From: Amoebidium appalachense
Taxonomy: Eukaryota > Protista > Ichthyosporea
Direction: 5' to 3'
Length of the DNA stretch: 64,000 nt
Assembly: GCA_963693365.1 (NCBI GenBank)
Contig: CAVNZM010000002.1
Span: 12,642,328 to 12,706,327, forward strand
Positions within the stretch are counted from its first letter, which is position 1. Every line of letters begins with the position of its first letter. Positions 1-25,641 of this stretch are shown here, piece after piece. A program made the translations under genes and the position numbers. The notes under the pieces are model-generated. The model made no database searches. It had not been told where the DNA came from and saw only the letters and a list, made by a program, of their open reading frames with translations.

Positions 1-694
1 AACTAGCAGAAAACGAGGCTGTTTACCACTCAACATCTCTGCACCCGATCGGAGCCAGGTAAGGGAGAAAAAAAGGCAAAGTATATCGGTGTGTGGAAAG
101 AACCAGAAACTTAAAAAGTTGTTTGGTGCGCAACAACCTCCCTAGCTCGTTAATTGCTGGTGCTGAACCCATGAAGAGAGGGATGGAGAAAAAGAAGAAT
201 GAAACAGCGTTGAGCTGGAGCGTTTTCAAACAGCAGAGCAGGTAGAACACACATGTCTTCATAAGATGTGGATAAACTCGTGTTTGTAAGTGGTGTGGGG
301 CGTGGGGTGGAAGGTTGTGGTGGTGGTGGGGGGGGGGGGGGGGGGGGGGAGGGGGGAGGGGGGGAGGGGGAGAGGGGGGAGGGGGGGGGGGGGGGCTGCA
401 ACAGAGAAGAAGTGGTATGAAGAAACCCGAAAGGGAAGTTGTATAATGATATGAGGATGTGCAGGATTGTATATAGAAAAAGAGACAGACAGAAGTGACG
501 GAGGGAAAGAGGGGGAGGAGGAGAGGGAGAGAGGGGGGGGGGGGGGAGGGGGGGGGGGGGGGGGGGGAGGGGGCGGTGCAACGCAAAGAAGAAATGTGTT
601 ATGGTCACGGTAAGGAGAGTAATATGACTGTGTCGATTTACGCAGAGATGTTGGGTGAGGTTTAGCTGGAGAGATGGGGGGATCCAGGGAGGGA

Positions 695-727
<33 letters not shown>

Positions 728-1167
728 CTGAAGGAAGAGCGTTTTACGGGAGGGGACGTGTGTGTGTGTATGTGCGTGTGCGTGTGCGTGCGTGTGCGTG
801 TGTCTGTGTGCGTGTACGTCTGCGTGTGTGTATGTGTGCGTGTGTGCGTGCGTGTGCGTCTTTGTGTGTGTGCGTGTGTGTCTGTGTGAGTGTGTGTGTG
901 AGTGTCTGTTCCGCCTGTGTGTGTGTGCCTGAATGTGTTTGTGTAGGGGTAAGAGAGAGGGATCGAAGGAAAACAGGGGTGAAGGGCGTGGGTGGGGTTA
1001 TAATACCTTATATTTACCCTACAGCCGTTAACATGCACCTCCTCTCACACAAGCTGGTATCTGTCGAAACGAGTATCTTATGCAAATGTCATAAAAAGCT
1101 CTACGCCTTAGCTAAAACGAGGATTATAAGCTCTCGCTATACTACGTCTACGACACTGTTTTGCTAA
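1..1167 (+). CDS. Possible 3' end of a gene entering the window (exon ending at 58, terminal exon from ~1025); product unknown
   Basis: Strong donor CAG|GTAAGG at 58/59, a repeat-rich intron-like interval, then acceptor CCCTACAG| at 1024 followed by unique sequence. The reading frame cannot be fixed. Confidence 0.3.
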
Positions 1168-2460
1168 TTCTTATTGCGTTTTAGGTTAAAAAAAATGTGA
1201 TGTGTTCAAACCCGGGCCCAACTGTTGTGTTTTTCTTGCCGGGCTTCAAAGAGTGAGCGCGTGAACATGAGCCGGCGGAACATGTTGGTCCCGGCAACCA
1301 ACCCCCTAAACCGCTTTTGTTGGGGCCCCAATATTTTCCAAGATATTTTGACTGGATTTATTCGACGGAAAGATATGACAAGTATGCACGGCATACTGAG
1401 AAGACAATAAAAACTTCACGAGTTATCCAGTAACAAGTGCATACTGAGATACCTGAACACTGTGTGAAAATCATATAAATACTCAATGTGACGACCAACA
1501 GAATTCAACAAAAAGTCTAAAGTGTTCACATTGCCAGCTAGTGTAGCAGATACCCGGAGGGAAAGAGGTAAAACGCGACATAAAAATTCACACCTATCAA
1601 CATGCTTGCGATTAAAAAGGTCAGCACAAAAGTGGCACCAGCGGCGATGAAAACAAGAATTACAGCGCCACTGCACAACTTCCCAGGCAATATCAACATC
1701 AGAGCACCATACAGACTTATCTACTAGGGTGGTATCCAAGATATTTAAAAAAAAATAAAAAATTGCATATCTCTCATAATCTAATAATTCGGTCTAAATT
1801 ACTAATGTAATATGTTTGGCAAGTGTTTGTTGCTGCATAGTAAACTAATAGCGACAGTAGTAATATTCCCCTGTTCATATTTATACAGTATTTCAGGGCA
1901 TTAAAGCAAACAGGAGGAGAAAAAAAAACCCGTTCAGGTCATAAACGTAATAAACACTAAAAAAAAAGCATCATATGTGACTGGGGCTTAACAGCACACG
2001 CAGAGGGTATACGAGGTTTAGTGTTTGCGCAAACCGGGTTCTGCGTCTGCCGTATGCGCTGATCGCTGCTCAGGCGCTGCTCCCGAACCTGTTGCCTATA
2101 CTGTGTGTATTAACGTTGCTTTCGATTCCTATTTGATTCTCAGTCTGTGACGAACACGGCCATCTCCTTTGGAGTTAAAATTTAGTTCTTTATTGCTGCT
2201 TTGCCTTCACGCACAACCAAGGCTGGAGATGAGACAGTAGAGGGATCCGAGCAAGAGTTACGCGTAGATTCTTATCTTAGGGCAGTATGTGTGTTTGATG
2301 ATGTCCTTGTTGTATAGCTAGATCTGCCCCGCGAAGACGGCCTCAAAATCAAACTCAAACTGATGCTGGACCAAGTGGAAGGGCTTGATTTGCAGAAAAA
2401 AAAGCACAAAAAACTGAAACACACTACCAGCTCTGGAGAAAAGTGAGAATCGGCTGTAAC

Positions 2461-14696
<12,236 letters not shown>

Positions 14697-15318
14697 GATT
14701 TTCAAAAAGCACGAAATTTCGCTCTTTATCACTTATCGTTATGACTGAGCATGAGCAGCGTTACATAAATACGGCTTGGTACGGAGCGGCATTAAATTCC
14801 ATTAAAATCGATATGGTTTCTTTTTCCTGTTTCCCTACTGATCTAGAGTGCCACGGTTTACTGTCACCGGCGCGCACAATCGATCACGAACCCGAAGGAT
14901 TCCCCCACCTGCTGTACATTGTTTTATTTTTTTTTCGCGGTGGGGGCCCCCACTTGATCCAGTTATTAAACAAAGATATTCCCCGGATTTCTTTGCTAAT
15001 CCTAGCTAGACCGCGGTCTGATAATACTCATCAGCCGCTCGCGTACGCTTAATTGTGTATCTAAGTAATAATTAATATTATTAGATATTATGGTTTCCAG
15101 TGCAACCTTGGATATACGGCACACTGAAGTTGTACGTTGTCTTTGTCATGGCAATGGATATCGATATTTTGCCATGTGCCATATGATGAGATCTGCCCCC
15201 TTTAAGCTATGATCCCCCCCCCCCCCCCCTCCCCCCCCTCCCCCCCCCCCCCCCAAACACACACATACACACACGTGCACACACATATGTGTGTACACAC
15301 GTATGCACACGCGCGCAC

Positions 15319-15374
<56 letters not shown>

Positions 15375-15523
15375 ACCCACCTACCCACCCACCACCACCA
15401 CCAGCCCATCCCTTCATTTAAAAGTATTGATCAGAAGGTCTGGGAACGTGCAAGGGGTCTCCCATCCAGAAAATAATTTGAATATGATAATGTCGCTTGA
15501 AAGCTTGACACCTTTTCTTTTCT

Positions 15524-15601
<78 letters not shown>

Positions 15602-15633
15602 GGGGGGGAGGGGGGGGGGGGGGGAGGGGGGGG

Positions 15634-15882
15634 TTTGAATGCGTCAAAAAGTACGAAGTACACAAGAACAAACGGATAACACGATGCAGAATGCAAGCCA
15701 TACATAAAGAGTATGCATAATAAGCAGAGCCCATCCTCAGGGGGGGCCCACGTCATCCACAGTACCCGAGTTTCGACCTATTCCCCTCGTTAACGAAACC
15801 CAACTCAGATACTGTTTCACTTGAACATGGGTAGGTCACCCGTCTTGATCAGAGACGAGCAGGGTTGCTTATGCAGGCAAGG
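15634..15882 (-). mobile_element. Poly-C-anchored non-autonomous retroelement, subfamily B, longest copy (may extend to ~16358); contains the structured RNA domain
   Basis: 15634-15718 is near-identical to 42663-42749 and 48317-48400. 15710-15882 aligns with 44302-44480. The 3' end (minus strand) is GCATTCAAA followed by a C run. Confidence 0.8.
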
Positions 15883-16527
15883 GCAGTGGGAAAGGCCGGG
15901 GGTTAAAGTTGCAGCAGTAAGCAGAAGCAAGAAAAATATAGATAGGAACTCAGGAGACGGGGCTTCTAGGAAGCTCCCCCGTCGATACCTAAGTCGATAC
16001 TTCCCTGGCTAACATACTACACCAGCTGAAAAGAATTAAGTCCCGAAGGCCGCAGAATTCGCAATCAGAGGGGAAAATATGAGATTTGACCCACGCCGCA
16101 GGGTAGTAACACGCTTACTAGGGCGGAACTTTATCGTCTTCGAACGGAAAGCTATGCCCCCGGATGTCAGCCGGAAATATGGTATCACCCATTGCTTTGG
16201 GCTTGAAAAAAGCCAAACCGATAGTCCGAGTTATGTTACGCCGGCGGGTAACATGCCGCATGGGTTCCAAGGGAGCTGTCGCCAACAGAGCGGTGTGTGC
16301 ATGCGTGCGCGTAACGCAATGTGTGAATTCGAAGTGTGTCTATAGCTATGAAAGGGGGTATGCAGAAGTGGACAGATGAAGTGTGTGGAGAGAAAAACAG
16401 TAAGAAGAAAAGTAGACACCGGTATGTGCAACCCCGCACAACATACACACACACACACACACATAAATAAGCAAAGATTACAGGTAAATCAACCAGAACA
16501 ACAAATGACAAGCAAAACAACAGGCGC

Positions 16528-16603
<76 letters not shown>

Positions 16604-17564
16604 GGGGGAGGGGGGAAGGGGGTCTTAGGGAGGGGGGGGGGGGGGGGAAGAGATCATTAGGAGTCCCACGGCCGGTCCACCGTTTTTTTTTTTTTTTTTT
16701 TTTTTGGGGGGGGAGGGGGATCAATGGCTTAGGGGGGGTTGGGGGAAGGGGGGGGGGGGGGGGGGGGGGGGGGGGATCCATTTCATAAGGGGCATAGCTA
16801 TATAGCTTGTAAGCCCCGGTTCGGACAGCTACCACGTATGTGATAGAAAAAACTGCTTTCGATAGTAGTGTGCGCACGCCCGGTCGATCCATATTCAACT
16901 TACCTACCAAGTTTCGAAGTCCGGCAACGTTCTGTGGCCGGAAGGAATGTACTTTTACAATTAGTTAGAACTCGATCGACTCTCGTTCCATGCCCGACTG
17001 AATGTGGTCTGACAGTTTGTATATGTCACATGTACAGAACATAGGTACTTGGTATAATATGCATGCACGGCCAGTTTAGCAGGCAGGGAGCTGCTAATAA
17101 GACAGTGCAGTACACTAATAGTAGTTACGCAATTGGGCATGCACTCGGATATCAGATATTACTGAAACTGCCACTCTTTAGTACTGTAGATGTACCCACT
17201 GCAGCACGGTATTGTGACTGGGCACTACTCATACGCCGTGTACATGTCGCCTGCCTGCGGCAACATACAAGGTATGTTGAGCCGGGCCGCCGGGGAGACA
17301 GCACTCAAAGTGACTCCTGCGGCCTTACATATGCAATGGCCAGCACTTGAACTATCGCAGCACTGTTGATATCACTGTCAACGATGTTATTATGGCATTT
17401 TTTTGTAGTAGGACTCACAGTGAGCAGTGTAGGGACTGGTCAAACACTCCCCGAAACTAGGCTATCCGAGGCACCGTACGGTAATCTCGACTGGTTATCT
17501 CTATTGTAAGTTATAACGACCCAGCTATACTAAAAGATAACAACCATCATACGTATACGGTATG

Positions 17565-17584
17565 TCATGAGTCATGACTCATGA
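17565..17584. promoter_or_regulatory. Perfect 20-bp palindrome containing two AP-1-type sites (TGAGTCA/TGACTCA)
   Basis: TCATGAGTCATGACTCATGA, ~1.9 kb upstream of the bZIP gene; another TGAGTCA lies at ~17684. Confidence 0.4.
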
Positions 17585-18010
17585 TGATGCTAACTCTCCG
17601 AAGTGATCGGCGGATCGCTCAAGTTTGAACCAGTACTTGATTCTGGAATGGGTCAGTCAACTTTCGTGATGCATATGCTGCATTGAGTCAGCTGCCATTA
17701 AATGTGCACACACTACAACGTGTGTTCATACGTTTAGTAAATAGACGTTTTATTCGAGGTGTTTCGTCTGTAGCTAGAGTTTTTCTGTCTAGAAAAGGTC
17801 CATTTTCTTTTGTTTTGAATCAAGGATTCAAGATCCCCTGTCTCGGCTTTGACACACGCACCGAGCACCACCAACCAGCTATCTATATCAGCCTATATGA
17901 TCATCGAGAATTTGGATTGAGTCGACTCATCAGGGGGTGTAGCCAGGTAGTGCAGAAGATTCTATTGTAATAAATAGAGACATTTCTTTTTAAAATAAAA
18001 TATAAAAATG

Positions 18011-18011
18011 T

Positions 18012-18061
<50 letters not shown>
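18011..18061. repeat. ~50-nt pure poly-G tract, representative of well over 100 G/C tracts in the window
   Basis: Visible directly. Exact lengths may be distorted by sequencing. Confidence 0.85.
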
Positions 18062-18063
<2 letters not shown>

Positions 18064-19478
18064 TTAATTTAGCAGCAATCGTATTGCAGTGCAGTGCACA
18101 CACTACTGATTAGCTGTGCCCTGTTTTGTTCACGCGATGTTCGGTTTAAATTTGCATGTGCCACTGCCAATGATCGCGAGAATTTGAAAAAACGCTGCGC
18201 CTACCAATAACATGGCGCCATTTAGAAATCGGAACCCCACGCAGGTGGCCAATGTGAATCCCCTGTGATCAGACGTGCACAATTCCACACTCGAAAAATT
18301 GGCAGTTTCAGGCACTTTCAGGTTGAGCCTGGAAATTTGACCTATATGCCACCTGAATTATTTTATATTATCAGGCAATATTTATTGTGTATATATTTTT
18401 AATCTTAATCAGGGAAAATGTGCCTAGTTTAACTTAGCTCCCTGGGCAGCAAGACTTTTCAAGAAATTTGGCCATCTAACAGAGGGGGGTCTCAGTTAAA
18501 TTTAACAGATGTCGTCATCAACGGGCCGGGCCATTCCTTCGTGAACTGTTTATGATTACAGTTCTAGACATGTGGATGTCTAGAGATGTGTCTATAAATA
18601 ATGGTAACAATTTATATTCTAAATTTTCTGTGCATTAGTTAAGCTTATTTTTGCTAATAGAAAAAAAAGTTAAGACTAGCAACAAAAACGTTTAGAAAAC
18701 GGTATCAATACCGTGTTCACAACATTGGAGTTTGGGGGATCTATTGTAAACTCTGATTGGTCAAGCTCATAGAACAAGATGTGTAAAAATCCATGTCCAG
18801 CCATAATTCAGGCCATGTACATAGGTCGACAGTCTGACGGTTCTGCAAAAACCATTCAATCTATGGCCGCTACACGAGCACACACACACATGCACATGAA
18901 CGCAGGTACATTAGCAAACGCACACACACTCTATTGACACACACGCACGCACATACACGTGTACACGCGCACGCACGCACGCAAACACACACACAGGCAC
19001 ATACATGTGTAGGCATGCGCACACACGCACATTGTCAAACGTGCACATACCCCCTCTCTCATGATTAGCCATATATGCACACACAGTTGCAGTACTAGTG
19101 ACACACATATAGTTATACATTGCGCATGTACATGTATATGCACATATATATGCATGCATACGTGCGTGCATACGGCATACATATGTGGCGCTGTTGCCCG
19201 CTGGCAACACATGTAAGCTCTTGCACATGCAGCCATAATTATCTGTAGAGTTGATAATAAGCAATTTGAGTTAGCACTGACAGGCACCTTAGAGCTTAAG
19301 TTTTCTGAGAAAGCTGAGAAAACATTACACATAATAATGGACTTTGTGGAGCTTTCTACACACGGTAGTTCATATGCATCGATATCAATTAGCGTGCACC
19401 ACGCGCACGCCGCGTGACCGTGGCACAACAACAAACGTAACTCGCTTGCCTAATTCACGTCTATTAAAAACAGCCACT

Positions 19479-20855
19479 ATGAAAGCTTATCAAAACCAAC
19501 ACCGTTATTATGAATCTAACGTGCTTGCGTACGACAGTGTCGCGTCATTTGCCGATGGTTTCGAACAGTTGTTCGTGGCAATACCAAGCGAATACACCAC
19601 GAAAAACCTCCACATCGATATCTCACCATTCGCTGGTATTTGTGACCCATTGGTGTTTGCCTGCCCGACACCGGCCAGCCCCATGTTCTCGGACTCTGAC
19701 TTCGAGAACTCATGCACACGGAGTCCTGCACCACCCGACAGCATGCAATCAAGACTCGAGCCGTCGACACAGCCCGAGAAAATTTGCGCTGTGCACGAGT
19801 CTCAGAGCCACGCGATTAAATTTTCTACCGCAACGGCGGACTGCACATGCACCAGAGTTGTTCCCCCCATAGCAAGCAGTTTTGGGCCCACTACTAATGC
19901 ACCATTTACGGCAACTTCGGCTTATGCTAATAGCGACGAAATTTCTAGAAATGTGAACTGTGCACCGCTCATTCGTTCTTCCAAATCAGCAGGCAAAACT
20001 ACATCCGCAACCAAGGTCAAGGTTTCCAACGTAAATTCAATCAAGTCGCTTGCTAGCCCTCATTCATGGATCAGCCAGGCGGATTCAGCGTATGCGTCAG
20101 CTATCGGTACGGCCGCGCATGAGTCCCATACCAGCCATGAATATGGCTCATATATATGTGACCCGCTATCAAGGACTAACCTGGCGTCACAAGGCGGAGA
20201 AACATTATCATCACCCATGGCCACAACGGGGATCATCGATTGGGTAGAGGTCGAGTATCCACCACCACCAAACAAGCGTGTTCATACTACGAATACAGCA
20301 CCGATTCCTCGCCGAAAGAACGACGGTAACGATGCAAAACGAGCCCATCCACTGCGCATACTTCCACCAACCGTTCCTACGTCATGGCCGAGTTTCGACC
20401 CTTTGCATCCCGAATTACCACCATTACCGCCAAAGTTATTCACAGTGAATGCTACAAAGGAACATGAAACGAGTCTTGGTAGGGTTAACAACCTTCGCCG
20501 TAGACTTCGCGGAGAAGAGGCAAAGCGGCTCGCGCGCGAGCACTCGGCCCGTTCACGCGAAAGACGAAAAGAACACAGACAATCCTTGGAGGGTCACGTT
20601 ACGGCGAAGATCGAAAAGTGCAAACGTATGGCTGAAAAAGTGGCGGCAATCGAAGAGGAGGCAAAGAATTTGCGGCAGGGAATAGTTTCCGTGGCGTGGG
20701 AGAAGTATGAAAAGGCGCGGGAAGACCCTTCGTTCATGGTGACAGCGTTAACGGCCATGGCGCAGGTGCATGCAATAGGTACCTACCAGTGCCCTGTTTC
20801 TTCGGCCCGCGAGAAATTACAGGAGACGAGATATGCGGCCATTCGTCCAAAATGA
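19479..20855 (+). CDS. Intronless bZIP-like transcription factor (458 aa) with a long low-complexity N-terminus
   Basis: Uninterrupted ORF from ATG in a GCCACTATG context. C-terminal basic region RRRLRGEEAKRLAREHSARSRERRK is followed by the heptad coiled coil LEGHVTAKIEKCKRMAEKVAAIEEEAKNLRQGI. Confidence 0.75.
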   Translation: MKAYQNQHRYYESNVLAYDSVASFADGFEQLFVAIPSEYTTKNLHIDISPFAGICDPLVFACPTPASPMFSDSDFENSCTRSPAPPDSMQSRLEPSTQPEKICAVHESQSHAIKFSTATADCTCTRVVPPIASSFGPTTNAPFTATSAYANSDEISRNVNCAPLIRSSKSAGKTTSATKVKVSNVNSIKSLASPHSWISQADSAYASAIGTAAHESHTSHEYGSYICDPLSRTNLASQGGETLSSPMATTGIIDWVEVEYPPPPNKRVHTTNTAPIPRRKNDGNDAKRAHPLRILPPTVPTSWPSFDPLHPELPPLPPKLFTVNATKEHETSLGRVNNLRRRLRGEEAKRLAREHSARSRERRKEHRQSLEGHVTAKIEKCKRMAEKVAAIEEEAKNLRQGIVSVAWEKYEKAREDPSFMVTALTAMAQVHAIGTYQCPVSSAREKLQETRYAAIRPK

Positions 20856-22144
20856 AACGAACCGAAGTTGGTAGAAGTACAGCTGAGCTGGTCTGAGGGG
20901 TATTCTGGAAACTGAAATGGTCCATGGAAGCGATTTGTAGACGGACATGAGTTAGCACCGTGACGTCATGATATTGTCCGCCAGTCGTGGCTGCTAGTGG
21001 CTATAGGTGTTGTAATTATGATGGCATCTGCATGACTTTTGGCTATTATTAGACTCTGTGCCGCAGGAAAATATGGCTGTGAAGTAGTATGTGCATACGT
21101 TCAACTGTTGCCTGAATCTGAGTAGCGGGATACTGTGTTGCCGTTGACTCATTCTTTTTCCTTTCATTTTTTAAGTGCCCGAAATGGTAAAAGGATTGTA
21201 TACTTCGGAGCTGGTGCCAACACACTGTAGTTATTTTCATCGCATCTGTATTTCATGTATATATTCTTAACCTTCTTTAGTTCCAGCCCGGATGACATTT
21301 TAAAAGCTGTAAATATCAGGAAAGCACATTAATGAGGTATTTGTGTCCTAAACTGTTTCATTTTGAACATAAGACTCGGGGAGATAAAGTTCATTCTCCC
21401 GTTGGAAACTTTTCTCCCCCTTATTTCATTGACTTACTAGGGTACTATGGAACACAATGATAATGTAACGATTAGGCTCAGCTGGCAGCTGCAGTTATGT
21501 GCAACATAAATTGAAGCTGAGAAAGGGGAACGAGCCATGCATATTTACTGTACAAGATTTCTGCTGCGGTTCAGCCTAGGATTTAGACCGGAAGGCTTTG
21601 CAAACATGGTTAAAATTCTCTTCACGTTGCAATTGAAATTAAGGGTAAAATCACTCCGAATGCCAGAGTGCCACGTTGCTGCATTTTCTAAGTTTTCTCT
21701 GATATATCATCATTCTATCATGCCCGGACAATATTACCGTAACGGTTCTCATTTTTTTTTCATCTTTAATTCTTTCAACTTGTGCATAACGGCAAGAAGC
21801 TTTTCCTAAAATTATTTATACCTATGACAAGTATCGGATATAACCCAAGTTGCCACCGCCTGTTCGATTTTAGAGCTGCCTGCATATCATCCTCGGAAAA
21901 CCTCTCCCCTCCTCCCCCTCCCTTCCCCCCCCCCTCTCTCTCTCCAACCCCCCCCCCCCCCCCCCCCTTCCCCCCCCCCTCCCCTCCCCCACTCCCTCCC
22001 CCCCCCCTCCCCCCTCCCCCCGGCCTGCAACGGTTGCTCTCGATCCCTATTAACCACCCTAGGCCTTGCTGCTGACTCCAAGTCCCAAATTAACAATATA
22101 GTCCTCTCCATACGCCCACCGTTCTCCTGTCCCCTTCGTGATTA

Positions 22145-22188
<44 letters not shown>

Positions 22189-22283
22189 TTCCCCCCCCCC
22201 ACACACACACACCCACCCCACCCCTTCTCGCCTCCCCAACACACACGCATAGTTCCCCTCCTCCCCCTCCCCCTCCCCCCTCC

Positions 22284-22314
<31 letters not shown>

Positions 22315-22639
22315 ATCCTCCCCCCTTGCCCTTCCCCTCCACCCCGTTCCCCATCCCCTTGCCCCCTCCCCGAGGATTATCCCCCCCCCCCCCCCCCCCT
22401 CCCCTCCTCCCTCCCCCGCCCCCTGGCGCCAAAACATTTATTAACTCTAGTGATTGGGGGGAAGGGGGGAGGGGGGGGGGGAGGGCCCGGGTGGGAGGGG
22501 GGCTGAAGGCCGTGAAGGGGAAGAACGAAAGACAAGAAGAAAAGAAGGAAATGTTCAGTCCACAACAACTGTTGAAGGACCCCCTTCCCTCCCTCCCTCC
22601 CCCCCTCCCCCCTCCCCCTCCCCCTCCCCCCCCCCCCCC

Positions 22640-22672
<33 letters not shown>

Positions 22673-23351
22673 CCTATGACACACCATCCCTCCCTTCCAC
22701 CTCACACATCACGTTTTGCAGTGCGCGTCAACCCTCAAATCCGCCTCCCCTTCCCCCCCTCCCCCTCCCCCCCCCCCCCCCCCCGTCATCCCCCACCCAA
22801 CCCCCCTTCCCTCCCCCCTCCCCCCCCCCCCCCCACCCGCCCGCCTCAACCTGCCCGACCACCACAAAGACGGCCACCATCACTTCTACCTAGAGGTCAT
22901 GGGGGTAAAAAATATTGGTGGGTAAGTACACCCTAGGCCGAAAATATGTTCCCTGCGATAAGTCTAGTAATACAAGTAGGTCTGTGCGCCGGCTGTCGCC
23001 GGCGCCAAAACATAACGAGACAGTTATGGATGTTGGGTTGAGTGGTTGTTACCTCCCTCCCCCCTCCCCCCCCCCCCCCCCCCCCTCCCTGGCCCCCCCG
23101 CCTCACGCTTCCCCCCCCCCCGGCCCCCCCCCCCCCTGGCCCCCCCCGCCTCACGCTTCCCCCCCCCCCCCCCCCCCCCCCCCAATCTTGCAGTTGCCGG
23201 ATCTGCCAAATGTTATGACCCTTTTCCCTTTCATTTAACCCCCCCCCCCCCCCCCCCCCATTCCCCTCCCCTCCCCCCCCCCCCCCCTCCCCTTTCTTGC
23301 CCCCCTCCCACGGGGGACCCTGGGCAGTGGCGGCGGTTGCACACTATGTAT

Positions 23352-23395
<44 letters not shown>

Positions 23396-23823
23396 TCGAA
23401 ATTGCAAAGTAAGGGGATGGGTATGAGCAAATGACGTGTGTGTGTGTGCATGTTTGTGTGTGTGTGAATGTGTGTGTGTGGGCCAAGTGAAGGTTGTATG
23501 CGTTTTTGTCTTCTTAGTTGTTTTTGTATTCTATTCGATTATTACTTTGTGTGTACATGTGGAAAAAAAACAAATAACAAAAAATTACCAATGACCACCG
23601 CCCAGCTTGAATCACCCTAGCTCTAGTGTAAAAAAATAATCATTATCAGCCACATTGAACCCTTCTAGTACAGTGACACTCGCCCTAAATGTCATATTCA
23701 CATTACTGAGTTGATTTAGTTGTGTTTTCTACTCTATTTTTTCCCAAAAACTGTCTGCCTATAGCTATTAAACATTAAAATGTACATGTGTTTGTGTGTG
23801 TGTGTGTGTGTGTGCCACAGGCC

Positions 23824-23883
<60 letters not shown>

Positions 23884-24524
23884 ATATAGAATTTACCGTC
23901 CTCATCCTTGTGTCCCCCTAAACCGGTGTTAGCAGACCTTTGAGGTTTTTGTGATTGGATTGGTAGTTCTATTGCATTAAAAGTTTCAAAATGTCGTTGT
24001 ACCAATGATCTAGTACTTCGTAAAAAAAATGTCGCCGAATTTCTCTAAAAAAAGTGCGTTCCATCTGGGTTAGAAACAAAAACCGTTTTGATACGGGAAT
24101 CACCTGATCTCTGCCGTCATTCAGCCCAGCGTGTTCACAGTAGACTCCGAAACCGCTGGTTTTTTTCTTTTTATTTCAAAGCCCCGAGTACGTACATCCT
24201 CGCGGGCCCAACTTTAGGGCACTATATTTCAATTTTCTCATTATCAAATATATAGTTATTTTAGGCTTTTTCATTAGTATCTCAAGAATATTAAGCGATT
24301 TTGATGTCCAAAAAACAACTAAGCAACGTTTCGATGGTTTTTGATGCCTCATAAAATGGCCTTAGGTCCCCTCTAAATTCCGGATTTGAGGTCCGGCAAA
24401 CAACGCATTATATATATAGATAATAGTGTGACAATCGTATGCTGGTAGCTATTCGCAACGGCCAAATGCAGTGCACCGTGCTGAGTCGACCATATCAGTT
24501 CAATCGTTCACATCATTACCCCCC

Positions 24525-24565
<41 letters not shown>

Positions 24566-25605
24566 ACCCACCCACCCACCCTCCCCTCCTGCTCCACCCA
24601 AGAAGAAAAACACGCACGAATGCACATACACGCGCACGAGTGCGCGCACACACACAAGGCCGTAATTACACCGTACACACGCACACACACACACACACTC
24701 GATGTCTTTCGGCCAATGGGTAGCCATATATGATTTTAAAACATAAAACTAAGAAATGAATGAATATGCCTGCAAAGTCACCTCCATGTTGCAGGCATAG
24801 AGCCAGCCCTTGATAATTTCAGCAATGTGAATTAATGAATGGCAATCCCAATATTTCCCCATGCTGCTCGGCTTATCACACAGCATCTCCCCCCCCCCTC
24901 CCCCCCCCCCCCCCCCCCCCGTCCCTTCTTTTCTCCCTAACCCGCCCACCACCCCGAATGACCTCCCCGCCCCCCCCCTTCCCCCCCTCCCCCGCCCCCT
25001 CCCCCCCTTCTCCCCCCCCCCTCCCCCCACCCCCACCCCACCCTACCCCCACCTCCCCGAACTCCCCCCCTCCCCCCCCCCCCAACACCACCACCACCAC
25101 CACAACCTCACCTCCTCCCCCCCGCTCCCCGCCCGCGCGCCCCCAGGAGGGTATGGAGGAGGGGGAGGAAGGGGGGAGAGGGGGAAGGGGGGGGGGGAGA
25201 GGGGAGGGGGGGGAGGGGGGAGGTAAAGTCAGGTGCTGCAACTTTCTGATTACCCAAGGATTCTGAAGTTGCTACCCAACAATGACAGTGTGGAAGTGTT
25301 TTGCTTTGTAGCTAGTAGCTGATCTGACATGTGCAAAACGGGCGGTAGGGCAGATAATACGTAGAAGAACAGAAGGGATTATCTGATACCTCTATGGGCA
25401 AACATTGTTTTGTTATCGCACACATATGTGTGTGTAAGTGGTTGGGTGGGTGGGTGGGGGGGTAAGTGGGAGGGAGGGAAGGTGGACGTGTAAGTCAGCG
25501 TGTACATGTGTTTGCGGATGCTTAGTATGGCTTGTCGAATGTAGGTTCACTATTTACGCAATTACTATATCCGATATTTTTGTGGGTGTTACTTTTCATT
25601 TCACA

Positions 25606-25641
<36 letters not shown>

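Noticed and set aside
40-66. U1 snRNA-like CTTACCTGGC on the minus strand
   Set aside because: It is simply the complement of a + strand donor site; no U1 stem-loops or Sm site follow.
1416-1739. 107-aa Cys/His-containing ORF on the minus strand
   Set aside because: Non-ATG start, no recognisable motif and no splice context.
15740-15800. SRP RNA similarity (AGGTCGAAACTC on the minus strand)
   Set aside because: No helix-8 SRP54-binding motif and no Alu domain.
23883-24421. Helitron-like 5' end (ATCTATATATATAA on the minus strand; similar at ~54120)
   Set aside because: No matching hairpin-plus-CTAG 3' end and no second copy in the window.
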